Assembly (NCBI GenBank): GCA_046482545.1 | Contig: JAWOEX010000039.1 | Span: 32,001 to 96,000, forward strand | DNA from: Candidatus Thorarchaeota archaeon | GTDB lineage: Archaea; Asgardarchaeota; Thorarchaeia; Thorarchaeales; Thorarchaeaceae | Reading direction: 5' to 3' | Length of the DNA: 64,000 nucleotides | Shown: positions 10,337-17,765 of the stretch, piece after piece | How the letters are laid out: each line of letters opens with the position of its first letter | Position numbering within the stretch: the stretch's first letter is position 1 | Notes under the pieces: generated by a model | What the model was told of the DNA's origin: nothing | The model's input: the letters and a program-made list of their open reading frames with translations, nothing else | Database searches by the model: none | Made by a program: the position numbers and the translations under genes

Positions 10337-10984
10337 ATGTGGAACAAACAGGATGCTCTAAATCTGATACATGACACCGCTCTAATCCCCATTATCAGAG
10401 TGGAATCCGCTGATACTGCATTCAAAGTTGCAGACTCATTTCTCGAAGGGGGCGTAAATATCATTGAGGTGACGTTCAGTGTGCCAGGCGCTGCGGAAGT
10501 GGTTGAAGAGCTCACTGAAGAAATGGGCCAAGATGTACTCATCGGGACAGGGACTGTGCTAGACGCTCAAACAGCTAGGAAAGCTATACTTGCCGGTAGC
10601 GAGTTTATCGTCAGTCCGATATATTCGAAAGAACTCATTGAGATTTCTAGGCGATATGCCAAGGTATGCATCCCTGGAGCTTTAACCCCGACCGAAATCC
10701 TGGAGGCTTATACCATGGGAGCCGATGCAGTGAAAGTCTTTCCTAACAAGAATGTTGGAGGACCTTCGTACATACGAGCAGTTCGGGCTCCTCTACCGCA
10801 GGTACCACTTGTGCCAACGGGCGGCGTTAATCTGGAAAATGCCGGACCATTGCTGGAAGCTGGTTCTTTTGCCCTAGGGGTTGGAAGTGCAATCACAGAC
10901 AAAGAAGCAATTAATCAGGGCAACTTTGATGCCGTAACTCAGAATGTGAAGGATTTCCTTGAAATAGTCAAAGAATACAGGTAA
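10337..10984 (+). CDS. eda: KDPG/KHG aldolase, bacterial type
   Basis: IEVT, IGTGTVL, FIVSP, PGALTPTE, VKVFP, VPTGGV. Confidence 0.92.
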   Translation: MWNKQDALNLIHDTALIPIIRVESADTAFKVADSFLEGGVNIIEVTFSVPGAAEVVEELTEEMGQDVLIGTGTVLDAQTARKAILAGSEFIVSPIYSKELIEISRRYAKVCIPGALTPTEILEAYTMGADAVKVFPNKNVGGPSYIRAVRAPLPQVPLVPTGGVNLENAGPLLEAGSFALGVGSAITDKEAINQGNFDAVTQNVKDFLEIVKEYR

Positions 10985-11060
10985 TGGTCTATTGCAGACT
11001 CGGACATACTCCCCGAGTACCTTAGCTCAGAGATAGACCATTTAGTCGGGAATACGTCCG
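10983..11060. ncRNA. Candidate pseudoknotted RNA element
   Basis: Interleaved inverted repeats: AATGGTCTAT 10983-10992 / ATAGACCATT 11033-11042 and 11001-11016 / 11046-11060. Confidence 0.4.
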
Positions 11061-11202
11061 TGTTCGAGCGTGATTTACCTCAATAGCAAATCAGCAGAAG
11101 AACATCGTTGTATGAGATAAGAAAGAGAAACAGAACGGCATTTTCCTACCACCATGATGTTCGTGTGGGAGTTACCGCTTCCTCAGCAATGAACGGATTT
11201 TC

Positions 11203-11502
11203 TCATTCCTCGACGGGAGTATTGAAGGCCACATACACGCTCTGGTCACGGTCGTCAATGACCACGTGGTGAGTTACGTTGTCCTTCATATCTAGCTTCA
11301 TCTTGAGCTCCTGTATCGCGTCATCATCTTGGGGGCGGAGACGTAGATAATCTTTGAGGAAATCCAAACTCACTGCATTCCCAGTATCCTTGATATCATT
11401 TAGCATCTCATCAAGTCGTTGCGCTGTGTCCATATCCAACTTCCTATTACTCTCTCGAATCTTCGAGACTTCCTTGAGGTGTTTCGTCCATTTTGCCATC
11501 AT
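11203..11502 (-). CDS. Hypothetical protein (99 aa)
   Basis: Non-overlapping ORF with AGGTGA SD upstream and protein-like composition. Confidence 0.7.
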   Translation of the reverse strand: MMAKWTKHLKEVSKIRESNRKLDMDTAQRLDEMLNDIKDTGNAVSLDFLKDYLRLRPQDDDAIQELKMKLDMKDNVTHHVVIDDRDQSVYVAFNTPVEE

Positions 11503-11715
11503 TGTCTCACCTTATTCTACAAATTTCGCGTTACTCATCAAGAGTTTTCTTCGGTATTGAATCTTTCCACTGTCATTGATATCGCTATCTGAATCAAATC
11601 GTTGACTTTTCGTATGCACCAGAATGAGGAAACCAGTGACAGAAGAATGCATTTCATCAGAAGTAAGGCTGAAATAGCCCCGTTAAGAGGAGTTGTAATA
11701 GTAGGCTTAGGTTGA

Positions 11716-12795
11716 GTGGATATAGGATTGACAAAATGTACAATTTCGTACACAACGACTGATGGAGTTTCTGAGAGAGCCACTATTGAAAATGGTTCTA
11801 TTGACTTACGAAAAAAATCCATCGAGACCATCAATTTGACAGGATTTGAAGGCTGTGATGCTCTGAAGAGGTTAAAACTCGATGGTAACAAACTCACCAA
11901 GATTAATCTGGAACCCTTGAGTACTTGTCCGAACCTCCGAGTCCTTGACATATCGAAGAACAGCTTCACCGAGTTGGATATTTCTCCTCTTGAGAAATGT
12001 GAAGAACTCGAGAAGTTGAACATTGGAACGAACATCATCGAAGAAATTAATCTCTCGGTTTTGGAAAATTGCGAAAATCTTCGCAGTTTGAGATTGTTCA
12101 ACAATAAACTAAGAGAAATCAACCTAGAAGCTCTTTCCAATTGCTCACATTTGACTCGCCTTGAGCTGGCCAACAATTTGCTCGGTAGCTTGGATTTGTC
12201 GCCGCTTGACAATTGCGAGGAAATCGAGCAACTGAATGTGATGTATAATGAACTGCGTCACCTTGATCTTAGCCCACTCTCCGCTGCAAAAGGACTGCGT
12301 TTTCTGTATTTGCATCACAACTATCTCGAATCGCTTGATTTGAGCCCTCTTCGGAACTGCCCTGAATTACACATTCTCCGACTCGGAGGCAACGAACTAC
12401 AGGAAATCGATCTTGCACCCCTATCTAAATCTAAGAATCTGGTTAGAATAGGTATTGCAATGAATAACCTCCGGGAAATTGATTTGACGCCCCTAGCTGA
12501 GTGTTCGGCTCTTTATAGTTTGGACATTTCACGCAACAAACTAACCGAGATAGACCTTGAGCCTCTTTCCAACTGCAAGAACCTTGAGGAACTCTATATT
12601 TACAGCCATCACGAGCAGGAAGAAAATAGGTTTGAAGAAATTGATCTGACGCCTCTTTTTGAATGCCCAGAGCTCATAGACATGATTCTGCCAGAGAAGG
12701 CCGAACTTGTGGCAGATAAGGAGTATAAGGATCATGAAGATATACCCACAGCAATGGACAGGCTAAAAGAAGACGCCAGGATTACTTGGATCTAA
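11716..12795 (+). CDS. Leucine-rich repeat protein (about 12 x 24-aa repeats)
   Basis: Repeat LxxLxLxxNxLxxIDLxPLxxCxx. Confidence 0.95.
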   Translation: MDIGLTKCTISYTTTDGVSERATIENGSIDLRKKSIETINLTGFEGCDALKRLKLDGNKLTKINLEPLSTCPNLRVLDISKNSFTELDISPLEKCEELEKLNIGTNIIEEINLSVLENCENLRSLRLFNNKLREINLEALSNCSHLTRLELANNLLGSLDLSPLDNCEEIEQLNVMYNELRHLDLSPLSAAKGLRFLYLHHNYLESLDLSPLRNCPELHILRLGGNELQEIDLAPLSKSKNLVRIGIAMNNLREIDLTPLAECSALYSLDISRNKLTEIDLEPLSNCKNLEELYIYSHHEQEENRFEEIDLTPLFECPELIDMILPEKAELVADKEYKDHEDIPTAMDRLKEDARITWI

Positions 12796-13007
12796 GCCAA
12801 CGCTAGATTTAGGTAATCAAATTAAACAACATATTTTCGGACAATGGGATATAAAGTCATTCTATCCAGTTTGTATCTTCATGGTTCTTAGTGTTCAATT
12901 CTTCACAGATGGGTAGTGTATCTCCTATCATAACGAGGAATGGGGAGGTGATGTATTGCATGCATGATGAGATTGTGTGAGCAATGCAGTGAAGGAGGTG
13001 AAAAAGT

Positions 13008-13040
13008 TTGATACCTGACTGGCCCGACGTTCCTTGGTAA
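13008..13040 (+). CDS. Candidate micropeptide MIPDWPDVPW (TTG start)
   Basis: AAGGAGGTGA SD with 7-nt spacing from GGAGGTG, upstream TATA (12849-12856) and structured leader, downstream terminator-like hairpin. Confidence 0.5.
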   Translation: MIPDWPDVPW

Positions 13041-13058
13041 CTGATTTATCAACCAAAT

Positions 13059-13087
13059 GGGGGGTCAGCCTCGTGACCCCCTTCCTT
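13059..13087 (+). terminator. GC-rich hairpin terminator candidate
   Basis: GGGGGTCA-GCCTCG-TGACCCCC followed by a pyrimidine tract. Confidence 0.65.
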
Positions 13088-13231
13088 AACTATTTCTCCA
13101 AACTTCTAGAAAAGCTGACCTCCTCCTGAAGGCTGTGAATGCACCACTAGTTCACTTGAATATCTCATTACCAAGAAAATTGAAAACGAATATAATAGAT
13201 AAACAAGATAAGTTTCAAGAGTTGATCAAGC

Positions 13232-13879
13232 ATGGTCATCGAGATGGATGAAGAAACAAGGAAACAAGTTGAAGAGAGATTCCAAACATTGGATGGGAAG
13301 GTTTCGATGCACCTGTTTGTCGAGAGCCAAGATTGTTTGTACTGTAGTGATGCCAAGGAACTCGCCAGCAAGATAGCTGAACTCTCAGAGAAAATCGAAC
13401 TGACTGAACATGATTTGCCCGAAGCTAATGATGTTGCTTCTGAAATGGGAATTCGTTTCACTCCTGCTATTGTTCTACATGGTAAAGAGGAGTACAACCT
13501 ACGTTTCTATGGTATACCCGCAGGACATGAATTTGGTGCCCTCATTTCTGATATAGTTGACGTGTCAACGGAATCAGTTCAGCTACCCGAAGAAATGATC
13601 GCAGATATCGAAGCAATAAATCAGAAGGTGCACATTCAGGTTTTCACAACACCGCAGTGTCCCTATTGCCCCAACGTGGTTCGTTTAGCGCATCAAGCGG
13701 CCATAATCAACCTGAAGATAGAAAGTGATATGATTGAGGCGCTCGAATTCAAGGATTTGGCTCAGCGATACGAAGTATTCGGTGTTCCCAAAACAATATT
13801 CAATGAGGTTTTGTCTGCGGAGGGGAATATCACACCAGAAGAATTTGTTGACAAGCTGTACGAAGCTACTGAAACATGA
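13232..13879 (+). CDS. Protein disulfide oxidoreductase (PDO, AhpF-N-like double thioredoxin)
   Basis: CLYC and CPYC motifs; RFYGIPAGHEF. Confidence 0.92.
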   Translation: MVIEMDEETRKQVEERFQTLDGKVSMHLFVESQDCLYCSDAKELASKIAELSEKIELTEHDLPEANDVASEMGIRFTPAIVLHGKEEYNLRFYGIPAGHEFGALISDIVDVSTESVQLPEEMIADIEAINQKVHIQVFTTPQCPYCPNVVRLAHQAAIINLKIESDMIEALEFKDLAQRYEVFGVPKTIFNEVLSAEGNITPEEFVDKLYEATET

Positions 13880-13981
13880 TTACGGGAATCTACAGAACTG
13901 AGTCTAAATTGAATAGGATAGAAACACAAAATTGCAAATATTCTCCAAGTCCGCAGCGAGTATCACCACACTCTGCAACGA

Positions 13982-14929
13982 CTATTCCTTGTGCTGACGG
14001 GCATAGATGAATTCATTCTCATTGACATAGAGGTAGGCTTGGTATGCTGCATGTACCCCTTCGGCCACTCCCGTGATGGCCTGCTTGAAATCCGTATCGA
14101 CAACATCACCTGCTGCTAAAACAGCCTCAACATTAGTTTCGCTGTTTCTGTTGATAGCAATCTCGCCCTTGTCGTTAACTTCGACACCTACTTTCTTCGC
14201 AAGTTCGGAATTGGGAATACCTCCGATAGCAACGAAGACACCCTCGACATCGAGTGTGTCAGAACCACCGTAGGGATTATCTAGTTTCACCCCTGATACG
14301 CTCATTTCTCCTAAAATCTCTGTCACATTCGTGTTCGTAACCACTTCTATCTTATCTGACTTGGCAACTCTTTGGGCGTTAATAGGCTCAGGGCGAATCT
14401 TGTCCCCTCTATAAATCATATAGACCTTCCTGCAGTAGTTAGTTAACAGGAGAGCTTCTTTTGCAGCACTATCGCTACCACCAACCACCGCTACGTCCTT
14501 ATCTCGGAAAATCGGACCATCACATAGAGCGCAGTAGCTCACGCCTCTGTTTCGAAACTCGTCGTGCCCCTGAACATCCAGTTCCCTATCTTCCATTCCT
14601 GTAGCAATGAGCACAGTCCGAGACAAATACGTCTTTGATTTGGTCACAAGATAGAAACATCCTTCTTCATACCTAAATAGATCAACTACTCTAGCAGTTT
14701 CTAGATGGACAGGATAGTCGAGCGCATGTTCCTTCAGTTTCTCAGCAAGTTCCGTACCTGTCAATTCTATGAATCCGGGGTAGTTGGAAACCTCATCAGT
14801 GAGAGTAATCGTACCCCCGTCTTCATCTCCGACGACAACTGTACGCATCTCAAGCCGGGCACCGTACATAGCCGCACTATATCCTGTGACTCCAGATCCA
14901 ATGACTGCGAAGTCGTACAAGCAAGTCAC
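13982..14929 (-). CDS. trxB: Thioredoxin reductase
   Basis: GVSYCALCDG, VGGSDSA, AAGDV, KQAITGVAEG. Confidence 0.92.
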   Translation of the reverse strand: MTCLYDFAVIGSGVTGYSAAMYGARLEMRTVVVGDEDGGTITLTDEVSNYPGFIELTGTELAEKLKEHALDYPVHLETARVVDLFRYEEGCFYLVTKSKTYLSRTVLIATGMEDRELDVQGHDEFRNRGVSYCALCDGPIFRDKDVAVVGGSDSAAKEALLLTNYCRKVYMIYRGDKIRPEPINAQRVAKSDKIEVVTNTNVTEILGEMSVSGVKLDNPYGGSDTLDVEGVFVAIGGIPNSELAKKVGVEVNDKGEIAINRNSETNVEAVLAAGDVVDTDFKQAITGVAEGVHAAYQAYLYVNENEFIYARQHKE

Positions 14930-15177
14930 CTGTTGCTTTCTAGGGCTTTGCTTAGTCGTCGCTTGACACGGTTGTCAAAGCCGACGAAAATGTCTCCTTC
15001 AACAATGCAAGCAGGAACTGCACCTTGTCCAGTTCTCCCAACAAGCTCATCAAAGAGTTCTGGCTCGATAACGACATTTTTCTCCGTGTAGCTTACACCC
15101 CGGCTCTCCAGAAAATCTTTCAACTTGTCAGAATTTGGATCTTCAGACGCTGTGTATACTTCGACTTTCATGTTCAA
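14926..15177 (-). CDS. NrdH/glutaredoxin-like protein lacking CxxC
   Basis: KVEVYT, FLESRGVSYTEKNV, TGQGAVP, IFVGFD signatures; 4-nt overlap with trxB. Confidence 0.8.
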   Translation of the reverse strand: MNMKVEVYTASEDPNSDKLKDFLESRGVSYTEKNVVIEPELFDELVGRTGQGAVPACIVEGDIFVGFDNRVKRRLSKALESNR

Positions 15178-15266
15178 TCGTGTTTTTTCTCAGTTTTGAT
15201 AAGAAAAAGTTTTGCTAAATGCCCTTGCTCATTCTGGGACGTAGCGAAGAATATTAAGGATGATAC

Positions 15267-15776
15267 TTGATTATTATGAAAGCGGAAGGTGTGAAACCCG
15301 TGGATGAGAAAGAAACGTTACACTTCATAGATGACCAGATAAAATTGGAAGAGAGGATAATCGAAATAGTTGAAGAAACAACTTCAAAGCTCGGAAATGC
15401 CTTTGTCAAGCAGATGCTGCTCGGAATCGCCCAAGATTCAAAGAAACATGCAGCACTCTTGACTTCACTGAGGAATGCAGTTGAAGGTCCTACCCCATTC
15501 ATCAGTGAAGAAGAACGTGATGACATTGCTGACGGAATAGAAAAACACATCGAACTAGAAGCAAAAGCAATCGAAACATACGACCAACTAACGAAGGAAA
15601 GTGATGATCAGCAGGTGAAGTCCATAGCATCAATGATCCATGAAGATGAAATTCGACATCACAGCTTGCTGAAGGAACTCCACAAAACCATGATAGAGCC
15701 AGAGACACTTACTGAAGATATGATTTGGGACGCGTTCTGGAAGGATAGCCCGTGGCACGGAAGCCCTGGCGGTTGA
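15267..15776 (+). CDS. Ferritin-like (rubrerythrin-type di-iron) protein
   Basis: DSKKH and DEIRHH ligands in a duplicated helix pair. Confidence 0.85.
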   Translation: MIIMKAEGVKPVDEKETLHFIDDQIKLEERIIEIVEETTSKLGNAFVKQMLLGIAQDSKKHAALLTSLRNAVEGPTPFISEEERDDIADGIEKHIELEAKAIETYDQLTKESDDQQVKSIASMIHEDEIRHHSLLKELHKTMIEPETLTEDMIWDAFWKDSPWHGSPGG

Positions 15777-15828
15777 CTGTAGGTCGGGTAATTCCGGGTG
15801 GGTTTGCTGTCTCCAAAATAATAATCAG

Positions 15829-16371
15829 CTAATCGAGAAATTTGTCCGCGATTTTCGTGAATTCATAATCAAGTGACTCGAACCCCACCCCGGTCTTTGC
15901 AGATATCAGTTGTGTCGCCATTTCGTATGGTGCTGCCATCCGATTCATTTCGGAGATGATATCGTCGAACGGTGGTGTAAGCAAGTCAATCTTGTTGCCA
16001 ACAACGATGAAGCGCTCTCCGTCTCCATTTTCTAGATCGAATCTGCTGTTCTCACTAATGGCGGGAACCCAATAATGGAAGAGATTATCCAAGGTGGCTA
16101 GCTTACTAACATCGAAGAAAAGAAGCCCGATTTTGGCCCCTCTAATCATGCTCTTCATGGTTTCGATGAATCGTCGCTGACCGCCAAAATCCCACAGAGA
16201 GAGTGTGGCATCACGACCACTTGGCAGAGTTACTTTCTTGGTATCGAAACTTGCTCCTACTGTGGTCTTAAGCATCTCAGGATCGGGAAATGTGCCGGTG
16301 GTCCACCGGGTAGTGAAAGAAGTCTTACCGCATTCAGTATCTCCTAGCACTACGGCCTTCATTATTGCCAT
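15829..16371 (-). CDS. Ras-superfamily (Rab-like) small GTPase
   Basis: G1 GDTECGKT, G2 TVG, G3 WDFGGQ, G4 NKID, G5 SAK; no C-terminal prenylation cysteine. Confidence 0.95.
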   Translation of the reverse strand: MAIMKAVVLGDTECGKTSFTTRWTTGTFPDPEMLKTTVGASFDTKKVTLPSGRDATLSLWDFGGQRRFIETMKSMIRGAKIGLLFFDVSKLATLDNLFHYWVPAISENSRFDLENGDGERFIVVGNKIDLLTPPFDDIISEMNRMAAPYEMATQLISAKTGVGFESLDYEFTKIADKFLD

Positions 16372-16429
16372 GTTAGCACCTTTGTCTGAATGGTCAGATG
16401 CTCGATATATAATTGATTCTGAGTTGAAT

Positions 16430-17764
16430 TCATTCAGTTAGGAATGAGAACCGTCGGGGGCTGCTTTGGTAAACCATTATTGCTGCAACAAGGAGCAAAA
16501 TCAATGTGACAATTAAGGGGAGATTATCTGAGTATTCTATAACAAAGGCGGTTGCAAGCGTCCCCGTCATGAGACCGGTGAAATTAATCGCAGCACTCGT
16601 GTTACCTGACTTGCGGAGGGTTCGTACCACATTTACGTAACCAACAACGCCTACAGCGATGAAAGCGAGCAAAACGGGAAACAGATTATCGTACACCCAT
16701 CTCCCGTTTTTCACATATTCGTTTCCCAAGATAATCATGATTGACATGAATACAAGTACAGCTCTTCTCGCATATTTCCTGAATTCTGCGGACATTAATG
16801 GCTGAAAGGCTATCAGAACGTATGCGCCTGCCGCAAGCACACCAATTACCCATTCTAGATAAAGGAGATTCCAATCGTTGTAGCCGTAAGTCTGGAATAT
16901 TCCAAAGTAAATAGTGTGGTTTGCAATCAGTAGCGCGAGTCCAATCAGAAGAGCTGAGATATAACCCGGAATCTTGGCTCCCGTTTCCATAAACTCCTCA
17001 ACAAAGAAATCGGTTGCGCCAATAGCGGACAGCGATGCGATGAGAGCGAAAATAGTAAACAACCATATTTCATAATCACCCGCTAGGAATGCCGCACCAA
17101 ATATGGACATGCCGATAGTAATTGCCAAGAAGAAAATGAGCAAAGTAATCATTCTTCTCCAAGGTTTTAGCATGGCACTAAGAATGGCAGCATCTATCAG
17201 TGCAGGAAGATAGATAATCAAAAAGTACTCAGGATTTCGTTGTACAATTCCTGTGATTATGGAGAACCAAGAAAACAAGAAAGCACCAAGCAATACTAAC
17301 GTTCCCGCGGAGAACGGCGAGGGTGAATCCCATAGTAGGTAGCATGATAACACTAATGCGACAGCTGCAGAAACATATAGTGCAAACCCTAAGATAGGGG
17401 ATATCTCTGTAGGGCTCGTGAGAGCAACCAAAATTGCCCCGCCGGAAGCTATGACACCAGTTGCATATGTTGCATAATGAATCTTTTTTTCATCAGTAAT
17501 CACCTGCACCAGAGAGACAATGAAGAATACAAAAAAGAGAATAACCCATGGCCTGGTGGCAATGGTTCCGGTATAGAATGCCGAAGTAATAGCCATTCCG
17601 GCAAGAGAGACTCCGGCACCCCCAAACAATATGAGAGCGTATAACGTGTCGGAGCTAACTTGTTCTCTTATACTTAGAACTGATCGGCCATAGATAATCA
17701 GTGAGGAGCCAAGAAATACAGATGTGGCAAGTGCTGCGATGAAAGTTGCAACTGTGAAATCCAT
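16430..17764 (-). CDS. Polytopic membrane protein (about 15 TM), paralog B
   Basis: About 15 hydrophobic segments; collinear similarity to the upstream gene. Confidence 0.85.
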   Translation of the reverse strand: MDFTVATFIAALATSVFLGSSLIIYGRSVLSIREQVSSDTLYALILFGGAGVSLAGMAITSAFYTGTIATRPWVILFFVFFIVSLVQVITDEKKIHYATYATGVIASGGAILVALTSPTEISPILGFALYVSAAVALVLSCYLLWDSPSPFSAGTLVLLGAFLFSWFSIITGIVQRNPEYFLIIYLPALIDAAILSAMLKPWRRMITLLIFFLAITIGMSIFGAAFLAGDYEIWLFTIFALIASLSAIGATDFFVEEFMETGAKIPGYISALLIGLALLIANHTIYFGIFQTYGYNDWNLLYLEWVIGVLAAGAYVLIAFQPLMSAEFRKYARRAVLVFMSIMIILGNEYVKNGRWVYDNLFPVLLAFIAVGVVGYVNVVRTLRKSGNTSAAINFTGLMTGTLATAFVIEYSDNLPLIVTLILLLVAAIMVYQSSPRRFSFLTE

Positions 17765-17765
17765 T

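Noticed and set aside
11538-12212. 224-aa minus-strand ORF
   Set aside because: Antisense shadow of the repetitive LRR gene; Ser/Leu-rich with no motif
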